64,000 nt of DNA from positions 79,980,001 to 80,044,000 of the forward strand of contig OZ024744.1 in NCBI GenBank assembly GCA_964016885.1, given 5' to 3'. Made by a program: the position numbers and the translations under genes. Under the pieces are notes generated by a model that ran no database searches, was not told the DNA's origin, and worked only from the letters and a program-made list of their open reading frames with translations. This document shows positions 1 to 12,337 of this stretch, in pieces. Position 1 is the stretch's first letter; each line of letters starts with the position of its first letter. This stretch comes from Eledone cirrhosa (Eukaryota).

Positions 1-509
1 AGGCCAATGCTCTAACCACTAAGCCATATGCCTCCATAGCCATGTGCCTCCATAGCCATTCCACTATGATCAGTCACAGTTTTTATTTTATTTTTTTTTC
101 CAGATGGGATTATATTAAACCTGATAAAAACCACCCCTTCCCAAGTCTGATCACAACAGATTCCTTCCAGAGAGAGAGAGTGAGAGAAAGGAAATAAGAA
201 AGAGATATAAAGGAAGAATCAACCCCAGCCTGGCTGTGTGGTTAACAACTTTGCCTTGCAATTAAGCAGTTCTAGGTTCAATATCACTTTGTCTTTAAGA
301 AAAGAAGAAAAATTTTAGTGCAGAAAGATTGAACCTTAGAACCACTTAATTGCAAGGCAAAGGTGTTAACCACACAGCCATCCATGACTAAGGTCATGGC
401 TAGTTCAAATCAATCGAGTGTTGGATAAAACTCTTTGTGATGTTTGTTCAAGTCAGCACCAATATTATCTTTTAACATCTTGTAATGATTTAGTTGAAAA
501 CATCTAAAT

Positions 510-605
510 ATTCTAACCATATGACCATAGTATCGGAGCTGTAATCTCTCAATTTGGAGAAGTAGCAGCTCTACCTTGAGTGATTCTCTCATCTCCGAGT
601 TATGC
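510..605 (-). mobile_element. RTE LINE C-terminal fragment (inverted relative to its continuation at 893)
   Basis: Translates NSEMRESLKVELLLLQIERLQLRYYGHMVR; same family as 2775-3092. Confidence 0.75.
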
Positions 606-892
606 AAACATTACTCTAAAGCGAATTGGCAAAGTCATTAAGACGTCAGATAGAATGCTTTATGGTATTCATCCCACCTCATTGCGCGCGCTGAGTTCAA
701 ATCCCGTTGGGGTCAAATTTGTCTTTCATCCTTTCAAGGTTGATAAAAAAAGTACTAGTCCAGTACTGGGGTTGAAAAAAATCGGCTGTATTCAGACCTG
801 AAGAGGGTTGGGCTCTGACAGGTTCAAAAGTTCCCTAGACACACCGACAGTACCTCTACGACTCCAAAAGGAGTTATGGGATCTTTATCCTT

Positions 893-1148
893 AATGTCTC
901 AGAAAAGAATCACTGGACAGATTTACAGCCAAAACCAACCAGCAAGAAACCCAAGGGTAGACTCCCAAGCAAGATGGTTGGATAACATCCATGGGCTTAG
1001 CTGGTCCCACTGGGGGATCTAGGCGGATCAATTGGAGATGGTTGCTTCTGACAGGACCCACTGGAAGGAGTGTTTGAGGACTCTTCCTCAACGATGCTCT
1101 CAAGAATAAGTAGACGGAGTAGAAAAAGGAGAACGAGAAGAAGAAGGA
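893..1148 (+). mobile_element. RTE LINE 3' fragment
   Basis: Reverse-complement match to 2775-3015 (MSQ.RI.GQI..KP..RW.DNIH), followed by a GAA-rich tail. Confidence 0.8.
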
Positions 1149-1207
1149 GAGTCAAAGTGTTGTTCTGTACTTTTTAAGAATGTCTTCCTAATGTGGTTTC
1201 ATGTGGT

Positions 1208-1419
1208 TTAACCCTTTAGCATTTACATTACTCTTTATTTACTATTCTATTTTCACGGTAAACACTTTATCTCACAAAATATTGAATCTACGAGATTTTA
1301 ATGTTATTTTGAGAACAATACTTTAACATCAGTATGAGCGGTCAGTTACAACCAGTTTGAGCAGAAAGAGATGAGAGAATTCTGGCCAGATACAGCTGGT
1401 TTAAATGCTAAAGGCTTAA
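1208..1419. mobile_element. TTAA-flanked piggyBac-like MITE
   Basis: TIR ttaaccctttagcattta...taaatgctaaaggcttaa. Confidence 0.85.
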
Positions 1420-1441
1420 TTCAAATGTTTATAGTATCTTT

Positions 1442-1898
1442 CAATCAATCACATTGCCACAACTGGTGTAGTCTGTAGTTGGGATGCAATTCTAGACGCC
1501 TTCATAGTTATCCATCCCCATTGGTCTCCAGTCTCTGTCATACATAAAAGGGTCTTAGTGTCGTGATCAGTCCAGTCTTTGATGTTGACAAATCAGGATT
1601 TTTTTTCTGTTTGCCCCTCCTTCGCTCTCCCTCAACTGTGCCCTGGAGGATAGTTTTAGGCAAGGTGTTGTGGTGGGATACATGACCATACCGAACAAGC
1701 TTTCATCTCTTCACCATCGCAAGGAGTGATTCCAGTCTGCCAGCATATCTTTTAACTTGCTGCCTGACAAAGCTGTTTTATTTGGAATAAAACCATATGA
1801 AGCAGATGTTAAATGCCTGGATTTTTTGTTCCATGTCAGCTGTGAGGATCCAACTCTGACACTCATACAAAAGGAGCAAAGTCACCAAGGATTTGTAT
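1442..1898 (-). mobile_element. Old RTE/BovB-like LINE 3' fragment
   Basis: Minus translation YKSLV..LLYECQSWILTADMEQKIQAF...YGHV..NTLPKTILQGTVEGERRRG. Confidence 0.8.
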
Positions 1899-2123
1899 AC
1901 TAGTAGATAAATCATTGTGAACATTTGCAGTAATAGAATAAAGACTTTAATATTTAATGTGATTCAGTCAAAGTGTTGTTTTGTACTTTTCAAGAATATC
2001 TCGTTAATGTGGTTTCGTGCGGTGGAGGAAGTTAATATTTAAGCATTCGTTACACTAACTACAATACAGGGCCTGCAAATAATGAAAAAAAACATGTTTC
2101 AATTTTTGTGAGATTTTCTAGTG

Positions 2124-2438
2124 CAGGGGCATATAACTGGCGACCCACAGGCCATAATCCGGGCCACCAGACTAGTCAGAGCAGCCCGCGATAGCTGTTT
2201 TTAATTTTTATCTTGTAGGCTTATTTAGAATATTTTTCCTAATTGTAATACAATTTTCTGTTAGTTATACTAAAGGGCTTCACTGATAGGGTTATGTGTG
2301 TTATAATTTTCCAGTTCCATGTTATGGAAAGAAGTTGTGGTGAATCTTTGGAATAGTGCTTAATAAATATTAATGGTTCTAATAAGTTGTTCCAATGTTC
2401 AAAAGTGGCCCGCCAATGGAATATGTTACACACCCCTG
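2124..2438. mobile_element. hAT-type MITE
   Basis: Termini cagggg...cccctg with exact 8-bp TSD ttctagtg (2116-2123, 2439-2446). Confidence 0.85.
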
Positions 2439-2774
2439 TTCTAGTGTAATTAATGCTTTTAACAAGGAATCTCTAAAGTTTATGGAGCTTAGGGCCTCAT
2501 CAAATGTAAATCTTTTTCCCTCGAACTGACAGACTTTCTAACTCTTGTCCATCTCTTTGTTTTTCTCCTTCTTATGACCTAAAGTCGTTCCAATCTAAAC
2601 TAAATTCATTCTTTTCATTTTAATTTCTCCTTCTTCAAAGTCCCTTACACTAAATAGCTTCATGCCTTGTTTGGGTCTTTCAAGAAAAAACAAAAAACAA
2701 AACAATTTGACAGAGTTTCCAATCATTTTCAAATCCCAGTTCAAATCCAGCTGAAGTTAACTTTACCTTTCATT

Positions 2775-3092
2775 CTTTTGAGGTCTTCTTTGCCCATTTA
2801 TTCTTGAGAGGGTCATGGGGGACAGAGTCCCCAAACACTCCTTCCAGTGGGTCCTGTCAGAAGCAACCACCTCCAACTGATCCGGCTGGATCCTCAAGCA
2901 AAAGCAGCCAAGCTCATGGATGTTATCTAACCATCGTGCTTGGGGTCTACCTCTGGGTCTCTTGCTGGTTGGTTTTGTCCATAAAATCTGTCCAGCGATT
3001 CTTTCCTGAGACATAAACACATGCCCACAGTATCAGAGCTGTGATATCTCAATTCGAAGAAGTAGCGGCTCTACCTGAAGTGACTCTATTCT
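2775..3092 (-). mobile_element. RTE LINE 3' fragment
   Basis: ORF MSQERIAGQILWTKPTSKRPRGRPQARWLDNI. Confidence 0.85.
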
Positions 3093-3801
3093 TTAGAGGT
3101 TGATACTATAAACCAGTTGAAGGTGATGATTTGGCAGAATTGTTAAGATTGTTGAACAAAGGGAATAGAATGTGAGATAGTATTTGTTCCAGCTCTTTGC
3201 ATTTTTATAACAGACGTTGGAACTGTCTTCCATCTCTTTGTTTTCCTGCTTCTTATGTCCTGAACTGAACTCTTTCAAGTTTAAAGTAAATCCATTCCTT
3301 TCATCTTAATTTCTCCTTTATAATCCCTTACACTAAGTGATACTGTAGCCAAGCTGTAGCTGTTCTTGTTTATTTTCCTTAGGCAATATGGCAGCATCAT
3401 CATCATCATCATTTCCGTTTAGTGTCAATTCTTCCATGCTTGCATAGGTTAGATGGGTCATCCATGCTGGGAAGCAAGTCTGGCCACGTCGCACTTTCCT
3501 CCAGCGAGGTATATAAATTTGGCCAGGTATATATAATGCATAATCTATTTTACCAATGCTCTAGTATCTGTTGGGTAAAAGGAAGGTCAAGATGTGGAAA
3601 GGAGATAGTAAATGTGCATGTCTGCATGAGAAATAGTCTTTTATAGCTGGATGCCCTTCCTAACACTAACCACATTTACAGTATGGAAAACTTACATGAA
3701 TAGGCAACTGTTAGATTTCTATTAAAAAGAAACAACAACAAAAACCTACACAGGTCTGCATATTGAAGGGGAAATTTCCATGAATATATCCATAGACTCA
3801 C

Positions 3802-3896
3802 AAGAGAAAGAGGAACTCTGGATATATAATTAATTGCTTCCCATTTTCATCGATATGATGATCCAAAATAAGAATTTCCTGGAGTTTCTTAATCAA
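3802..3896 (-). CDS. Candidate 95-nt exon LIKKLQEILILDHHIDENGKQLIIYPEFLFL
   Basis: ttag acceptor, |gtgagt donor, open frame, phase 0 to 2. Confidence 0.35.
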
Positions 3897-4019
3897 CTAA
3901 TTATTATCAGTAGTGTAAGGGTAAAAACGACAGGACTTTGAAAGAGAGTAAAAAATACAAAGAAAGTGAAGGAACACAAAAAACAATAAAATAAGGCGAG
4001 AGGGATTAGAAGAGAAAGG

Positions 4020-4300
<281 letters not shown>

Positions 4301-4949
4301 AGTTCAAAGGATGGAAAATGATTTAAGAGAAGCTGGTGGTTTTAAGCAAAAGCTAATCAAATTTCAAGAATTGAAAGAAAGACAGGGAATAAATAAAAAT
4401 AAAATGTTTCATAAGTATTTTTACAGTTAAAATGGTAAAAATGGATAATTAAGAAAATATTAATCCTAATGTCTGTGAAAATGGTATCAAAATTTAATAC
4501 TCCATTTCTTTAGATAATTTTTTTGTGAAGAATTCTTTTTTTTTTTTTTTTCAAAACACGTGTGAATCACACGTGCATAGAGAGAAATATTCATGGAAGC
4601 GTGAAATATGAAGATTTACGCCATTATGCCACCCAAGGCAGCAGTTATAGGAGATGGCTGATTATAGAGTGGAGAGTATTGGAAGCTAATATGATGAGAT
4701 AATTACAATTAATCAATAAATCGAAGAGGAAGAGGTGGAGGTGGAAGAGACACACACACACATATATATATATGGGGGTGAGGTGGGGTGGGAGGAAGGA
4801 AATTAAAGATAAGAAAACGATGTTGTAAACAACGAAAAAGGGATTTAGAGTTTGGATTATTTTTGCTGAGGTTTTAAGAATGAGTGTGTGTGTGTATATG
4901 TTTATGTGTGTGTATGTGTGTGTATGTGTGTGTATGTGTATGTATGTAT

Positions 4950-5353
4950 ATACTCGTGTCTTGAATAATCGTCCCTCACCCCACCTGCTTATTAATTTTT
5001 CAGATTTTTTTCCAACCCCACTGCTCTTATTCCACCCCAAGCACCCACAAACCTACCCCTGCTTATCAAATTTTGCTAATCTATCACTGGTGAAATTTTA
5101 TTTTCAGTGGTAGCATTCCTGCGACAATTATCTTTATAAAAAAACAAAAAACATTATACAGGACAAAAAAAGTAAATTGTTAGAAATTCCATGCATTATA
5201 AAATAAATAGGATGGGTTGGGATTTCAATATGTAAACTAAATGACCAATTTTGGTTTTTAAAAAAATTAACAGAGACAACCTAGAAGAATTACTGATTTT
5301 TCGCCCCCACCCTCACTTATTCTACTACCCCTCTTATTTGAAACCTGAGAGTT
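4950..5353. mobile_element. Tigger/pogo-like MITE (related reverse copy at 10129-10344)
   Basis: Imperfect TIR tactcgtgtcttgaataa / ttatttgaaacctgagagt; shared interior with 10129-10344. Confidence 0.55.
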
Positions 5354-7018
5354 TATGTATATAATCATACACACACACACAACTTCACAGCTTTGTACAA
5401 TCCAACAAACATACACATATACTCTTAAACTTATACATACACATATCCACACAGTTTCATGCAGACCAAACAATTTACACATACATACACACACAGACAG
5501 CTACACACACACACATACATCCATACATATCCACTCTACAACAGTCTTTCAAAAGACATCTGACTTAGCTTTGTACACCTAAAACGCTCCAATCAACAGT
5601 TTTCCAAGAAATGCAGAAATGAACAGATTTGTTTTTTCCCAAAAAACTTTTTTTCATTTCTGTCCCTGCTCACTTTCCTCTATCTTTCTATTTTTGTGTT
5701 TATTTCTCATTCCATATTTTGATGAAAGAATAATGTCCAAAATGTTAAGACTTTTCCTACTATATTAAGCATGAAACTAAAATATATCTTCATTGAACCT
5801 TATTGTCTATTGTGTTTTTTCCGTATACTTTTCAGTCTCTCTCTCGCTGTGTCTCTGTATATATAGTATTAGCAGAATTGCCTATGGAGCGTTAGGCTAG
5901 CTCATATATTTGTTATAAAATATTGACTAACTGGGGTTGGGTTGTGTTTGCAACACTCCAATCAATAAATAATGATGTCATTAGGATCAAGCACTCAACA
6001 TCATATGTATCCTTCCAATTCCAATGTGGTAGTTCATGACGGAGTATATGTACAGTAATAATAATCATAAAGGACCACACTTTTGAAAAAGCAACATCAA
6101 ATAGAAATCTATTCACTTATCCATAGCCTGCATTGCGATAGAAGTATATTTCATAGCAAATATATTACATAAGCAGCTGTCTGAAGAAGTGATTACAGGA
6201 TGACAGCATTACATAAAAATGCCACAGAAATACGTATTAAAACGAAGTGCATAATAAAATGAACTATAGAAATTTAGCCGTCACATTTTTATCGGTACTG
6301 TGTGTGTGAGCTTATTCTAAACGATGTATATCCAATTTAGAATAGGCATCAATAAATAACTCCAACCCAAGCCAACATGGAAAAGACATAAAAATGATGA
6401 TGATGTTGATGATAATGATGATGATTGTGATGATATCTGCTCTCATTTTATCTACCTTTTCGAAACTAAGCCTTCTTTCTTTCTTTCTTTCTTTCTTAGC
6501 TTTGCAACTTTGTGTTCAAAACTACACAAATTGTGGGTAATTTAATTTAGGCCAAGAAAGCAATGTAGAAAATATATAAATAAATATATAAATAAATATA
6601 TAAATATGTATATAAATATGTATATAAATGAGTAAAAAAAAATTTTATGTGAAAATTCTTTCAGATATTTTCCTTCTATCATAAACCTTATCAAATGTCA
6701 TTATGAAGCGCAAAAGAAATGTTTTAGCTTTACTAAGCCGCCTCACTTAAACATGAAACCATACATCTCTGTTAAAAACATGATGACCTACCTCCCTAGT
6801 GCTGTTGCCATGATAAAATACGCTCAGTACATTCTGCAGAGCACTGGGTTTCAAACAAGCAGCTCACAAAAACTACTTTTCTGTGGCCCATGACAGAACA
6901 ATTTACGTGACTAATATTTTTCTAAAACTTGGTTATTTGTCCCTCACCCCTTCCATACTCTTGCAATTTACCCGTAAAATGGAAATAAAAACGGAATTTA
7001 CCAAAAGTAAAAATCGAT

Positions 7019-7409
7019 TTAACCCTTTAGCATTTACTTTATTCTATATATACGATGGCAGTATCGGTAGAGGATCAGACGCCATGCTTTCCAGCATAGC
7101 TACGTCCCTTTACGGTCTGAGTTCAAATCCCGTTGAGGTTAACTTTGCCTTTCATCCTTACGGGGTCGATAAAATAAAGTACCAGTAATGTACTGGGTAA
7201 TTTCTGGCCTTGTGCTAAAAGTAGAAACAATTATATTTTTGTGGTAAAGTCTTTATCTCACATAAATATCGAATCTATGAGATTTTGATATTATTTAGTT
7301 TGAGAACAACACCTTGACATCAGTATGAGTGGCCAATTATAGTCAGTTTGACAGAAAGAGGTGAGAGAATTCTGGCTGGGTATGGCTGGTTTAAATGCTA
7401 AAGGGTTAA
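7019..7409. mobile_element. TTAA MITE copy with nested SINE A
   Basis: Same TIRs and internal sequence as 1208-1419. Confidence 0.85.
7056..7232 (+). mobile_element. tRNA-derived SINE family A (nested in a MITE)
   Basis: tggcagtatcgg A box, gagttcaaatc B box, conserved ctttgcctttcatccttacggggtcgataaaataaagtaccag domain; roughly 20 full or partial copies in the window. Confidence 0.9.
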
Positions 7410-7806
7410 GGAAAATTTCTCCTCTTACATTTTGTACTCATTCACATATCTCAATATTTATTATATGTGTATTCATTTTGATGCCTTCTCTATTCAGTCC
7501 ACCGAGGCCATGGGGTAGTCAGCGCATAGGACCCCCATTTTCTCATAGTAGTGAGAGATGGGGAGAGCAGTAGATGCTGAAGCTGGTAGTGCTGGTGACA
7601 TTACAAAAAAAAAAAAAAAATCACCCAGTTCACTCTGTAAAATGGTAGTAAAGCTCCCAGTACATGATGTAAGAAAACCAAGCCTAAACAGGTCTACATG
7701 AGCAAAATGTGGTCACCTGACCTGTCTAAACTCATAACATGTCTAAACTCATAACATGACAACTTGTCTAACCCATGTAAGCATAGAATATGGACATTGA
7801 ACATTC

Positions 7807-8135
7807 GTGGTGGTGGTGGTGGTGGTGGTGTTGACGGTGGTGGTGGTGGTGACAGTTGTGATGACGGTGGTGGTAGTGAAGGTGGTGGTGGTGGTGATGG
7901 TGGTGGTGATGGTGATGGCGGCGATGACGGTGGTGGTGGTGGTGGTGGTGGTGATGATGACGGTGGTGATGATGGTGGTGATGGTGGTGGTGGTGGTGGT
8001 GGTGATGACGGTGGTGATGATGATGATGATGGTGGCACTGATGGTGGCGGTGGTGATGGCGGTGGTTGTGGCGGTGATGATGGTGATGGTGGTGGTGGTG
8101 GCTGTGGCGGTGGTGATGGTGATAATGGTGGTGGG
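7807..8135. repeat. (GGT/GAT)n microsatellite
   Basis: Direct observation. Confidence 0.95.
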
Positions 8136-9429
8136 TTGTGTCTTGTTGATTTCCAGCTGATGTGTCGCAAGTATCAGGAAGAGTGTTGTCACATAATCAG
8201 AAAGGGATTAGTGCAGTGCAATGTTGTATTTTGTCTCTTTCTCAGTAGGTTACAGTAGCTAGTGAACGTACTTCGAGATTTTGCTTTGCGGGACCTGGAA
8301 ATTTTTGTGACTAAAGTCTAGTGAGTACGAGTTAGTGGATTATGCTAATAGAAAACCTGCACAGTAGGTTATCTCTGTTGAAAGTTAATAAGGCTAATAT
8401 CGACTGAATATCTAACAACATTTTCTACTCTCATCAAATCCAGTTTATTTAGATCTTGGGGATTAATACATCTTTAGATTTTGTTTTTTCACCCACCCAC
8501 ATAATGTTTGGATTAGAAATTAAAAATAAAATAAAAACAACAACAAAAAACAATCAAAACATGCCAACTAGCAAAAAGAATATTGTTTTTCTAATTAAAA
8601 TCTCTTAATTAAAAATCTGAATTATTGCTGAGCAATAAGCTGCTTCTGTTCATATCTCCTTGGTCCCTCTCACACACACAGCCAGCAAAACAAAATAATG
8701 CACAGTATGTCTTGCCCCCTCCAACCCTCTTCCCCAGCCCACACTGTAAAGTGGCCGTGTAAAAGACACGGCAAAAAGCACCCAGCCTACACTGTAAATC
8801 TGGTTGGTGTTAAGAAAGGCATCCAGCCACAGAAAACTAACCAGAAACATCACTATTTTAGTGAGACACAGTCACCGGACACAACTTACCTTAAAATAGG
8901 ACCTGTCTAACCCATGCTAGCGTGGAAGATGGATGTTAATCGATGATGCTGATAATGAACTAATGATGGACTCTACATCACCACAACCTGCTAGAAATAG
9001 CAGCCAAATCTTACACATATCACTATGTATGCATGTGTGTGTGTATGTGCTCATGTGTGTGTGTGTGCGTGTGCGTGTGTGTCTATGTATGCATGTGTGT
9101 GTGTGTGTGCATGCATGTATGTATCATCATCATCATCATCGTTTTACGTCCGTTCTTCCACGCTAGCATGGGTTAGACGGGTTGTCCTGTTGTGGGCAGT
9201 GTCTGGTCGGCTGACCATGCCTTGCTCATACAGGAACTGATCTGGCTTGATTTCTACAGCTGGATGCCCTTCCTAACACCAACCTCATTTACAGTGAGTG
9301 CTGGGTGCTTTTTCGTGGCGCCTACACGTCCACTTTACAGTGTGGGCTGGGTGCTTTTTTGCCGTGGCACCTCCACGACCACCTTGCGGTGGGGGGAGTG
9401 GGGGCATATTGTTTATATGCTTCAGTATG

Positions 9430-9622
9430 TACCCATGGGAGGTCGGGTACCCTGTATTACTGCGTGACGCCAGAAGTCACGGTCGTGTGTCATTGACTTT
9501 GAGAGGTGTAGTTGGGTAAGGTCGGCTTTTATCACCTCATCCCAAGTCATCTTGGGTCTCCCCACTCCGCGGTTTCCATCAACTTCTAGTGCTCTGCACC
9601 TTTTTATGCAGCTGTCATCCAT
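9430..9622 (-). mobile_element. RTE LINE 3' fragment related to the 54-57 kb element
   Basis: MDDSCIKRCRALEVDGNRGVGRPKMTWDEVIKADL..DRDFWR aligns by eye with ORF 54165-54656. Confidence 0.85.
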
Positions 9623-10397
9623 GTATATACGCGTGTATGCATGTAGGTAGGTGTGTACATATGTATGCATGTAGATATATATTTATGTATGCACATATGT
9701 GTGTATGTACGTATGTATAAATGTATGTATGTATGTATAGAAGCTTGACCTGTTAGAAATAGCAGCTAAATTTCCTTCAAATTAAACCTTACTGCGTTAC
9801 GAGGCTTCTATATGGTAGCTAGACTTGTTAGAAATAACAGCCAAATTTCCCTCATATCACACGATACTGTCCCACTTAAGCATATAAAAATGTATGAGCC
9901 AACAGGGAAGACCTCTACATGGTTGTTAGACCTGGTAGAAATAGTAGGCAAAACACACATTACTGTTTTATAAAGTCTGTCTCAAGCCTGGAAACTCATC
10001 AGGCCAGTGTTTATCCCGGTTTCTGTGGTGTGAAGCGACTGAAAGTACAAGACGCTCTTAGACTCATTTTCAGCTGTCTTCTGTATGCATATCATTTTTA
10101 CAGTCTTATGTATATAATTAAGAGCCTTTACACCCAGGTCCCAAATAATTGGTGGGTGGGTGAAAATCGGTAATTTCTCTAGGTTGACTCCATCTTTTTT
10201 TTTTTTTTTTAAAACACCATAATTTTTGTCTGAGATAGATTAGCAAAATTTAATAAGCAGTGTGGGAAGAGAATAAGTGGGGCGTTAGAAAATATCTGAA
10301 AAATAAATAACTGAGGGGTAGGGGATTATTTGAGACCCAAGAGTACATGGTAGCTAAAGCTGATAGAAACAGCAGTCAAATCATTGCAAAATAATAC

Positions 10398-10414
10398 CTT
10401 AATTTCTGCTGGAT
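10398..10414 (-). CDS. Candidate 17-nt micro-exon (D)PAEIK
   Basis: ttgtttaacctcatcag|ATCCAGCAGAAATTAAG|gtatta; phase 1 to 0. Confidence 0.35.
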
Positions 10415-11012
10415 CTGATGAGGTTAAACAATGACAACAACAAACAGCCACAAATGACAATAAGAACATTAAGAACAGCAGCAGCAACAACAGTAATTTA
10501 AACAATGGCATTATATATAAAAAAAAAAAATCAAGATTTTACTAATTTTGAAATATCATTTATTGTTATTTATAGTAATCCTTATCATGACTGAGCGGGG
10601 TAGACCTTTGGTACAGATAGAGCTAAATCTATTGTTAAGAGTAAGAAACAAAATATAGGTCTATCACCTTTGTTTTACACACATTAACTCCTTCATATCT
10701 CACTTCACCTACCTGCTCTCTCTCCCTCCCATATACCCATCACTTCCTTTCCAGGTTGGCCCCTAAGAGGACTGCAGTTACAACACATTACCCAAGCTCT
10801 TTTTAAGGCCACTCCACTTTCAGCCCCTTATTCCTTTATAAACCACCCCCCTTTCTCAATCACCCTATCCTTGGCGAGCCAAAAAAATTCTTGTTCTGTT
10901 CATTTTCAAAAATATTTTTAAGTCACAAACTGTCTTTTTATTAGAAATTTGGTAACAAAAAGGTTAAAAATTGTTGTAAGAGAAATAGATAATAAAATGA
11001 AAAGATCCTCAC

Positions 11013-11090
11013 CTTCAGCGTTTATTAGGGCTTTCATGTCTTCTGTGTTCAATGGAGAGGCCATGATGCAAGACTCTGCATCAGCATATC
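11013..11090 (-). CDS. Candidate 78-nt internal exon (phase 1-1) of an unidentified gene: (G)YADAESCIMASPLNTEDMKALINAE
   Basis: Acceptor tattttccag and donor G|gtgagg in unique sequence; only one frame is open. Confidence 0.6.
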
Positions 11091-11226
11091 CTGGAAAATA
11101 TAGGGACAATTATCAGGTAATTAATTTCAGTAGAGAGAGAGAGAGGGTGTGAGTGTGAATGTGTGTGTGTGTGTGTGTGTGTGTGAAGGGTAGCATATAG
11201 TATTCATAATTCATACATTCATTGTA

Positions 11227-11665
11227 AAGCTGGTAACAGGACCAGGCCAGATGTCAAATATAGTCTTCTGCCACCTCCGCCACCACCCTGCCCCACAAGC
11301 TTGTAATAGCCCCAGACCAGACGTAAAATTTAGTCCACCACCTGTCCCAAAACCGCAAAAGCTGGTAATAAACCCAGGCAAGAAGCAAAATGAAGGCCTC
11401 CAAAGCTGGTAATAGAATCAGGTCAGATGTCGAATGTAGGTAAAAAAAAAAAGCTGGTTATAGGCTTAGGCCAGATTTAAAATGTAGGCTTCCTCATACT
11501 CACTGCCTCTAAAGCTTGTAATAAACCCAGGCCTCCAGGGTGGTAATAGAGCCAGGCCTGATGTAAAATGTAGTTCCAAAAAGCTGGTAACAGGCCGAGA
11601 CTAGATGTAAAATGTAGTCCGCCTTACCCCTAAAGCTGGTAAAAGACCCAGGCTAGATGCAAGAT
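11227..11665. repeat. Degenerate ~55-70 bp tandem repeat
   Basis: About 8 recurrences of aagctggtaata..ccaggccagatgtaaaatgtag. Confidence 0.8.
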
Positions 11666-11985
11666 GCAGGCATGTATTTCAAATTGTTGATCAATTATTT
11701 TAGTAATCAATGTTAAAAACATGTGATATATGTATGTTACAAGTACAGTGTGTTCACTTTTTATGCGAAGATGTGCTCATGAATGCAACAAGTTAAAGCA
11801 AATTTGCATAATTCAAGTCTAATTTTCTGATAAATAAAAAAAAATTTTAAACCACAAGCGTTATAGCTCAAAGTACAAAGTGAATATTTAATAATATTTT
11901 TTGCGTTAAAGCAAATTTGCGTATTTCAAGTTCACATAAAAAGTGAACAGACTGTGTGTGTATGTATATATGTATGTATATATAT

Positions 11986-12331
11986 GGAGGCACATGGCTT
12001 AGTGGTTAGAGCATTGGCCTTGCAATCGTAAGGTTGTGAGTTCAATTCTCAGACCAGGTGATGTGTTGTTTCCTTGAGCAAGACACTCTATTTCACATTA
12101 TTCCAGTTTACTCAGCTGTAGAAATGAGATGATAGGGACTGGGGTCCCTATCATTCCACTGCAAAGTGGTTGTGGAGGTGCCATGGAAAAAAAGCACCCA
12201 GCACTCACTGTAAATGAGGTTGGTGTTACGAAGGGCATCTAGCTGTAGAAATCAAGCCAGAATCGGTTCCTGTCCCACCCTTGTAAGCAGGGAAAAGCGG
12301 ACGTAAAATGATGATGATGATGATGATGATG
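11986..12331 (+). mobile_element. tRNA-derived SINE family B (tRNA head + CORE-like domain + RTE-derived body and tail)
   Basis: A box tggcttagtgg, B box gttcaattc, ccttgagcaagacact, then aaaagcacccag..gaagggcatc and tail gcggacgtaaaa(tga)n. Confidence 0.9.
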
Positions 12332-12337
12332 ATATAT

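Noticed and set aside
231-381. Novel inverted-repeat element
   Set aside because: Explained by two oppositely oriented SINE head fragments
5549-5578. Terminal exon VYKAKSDVF*
   Set aside because: Plausible acceptor but no independent support, and the phase link to upstream candidates is ambiguous
5913-6182. ORF 5913-6116 and acceptor at 6181 as definite exons
   Set aside because: Several incompatible frames and donors are possible; only a vague resemblance to GBP motifs
7694-8258. Pro/Thr/Gly/Val-rich ORFs
   Set aside because: Open in several frames on both strands because of the (GGT)n microsatellite
11986-12060. tRNA genes
   Set aside because: A/B boxes belong to SINE heads that continue into SINE bodies; no complete cloverleaf seen
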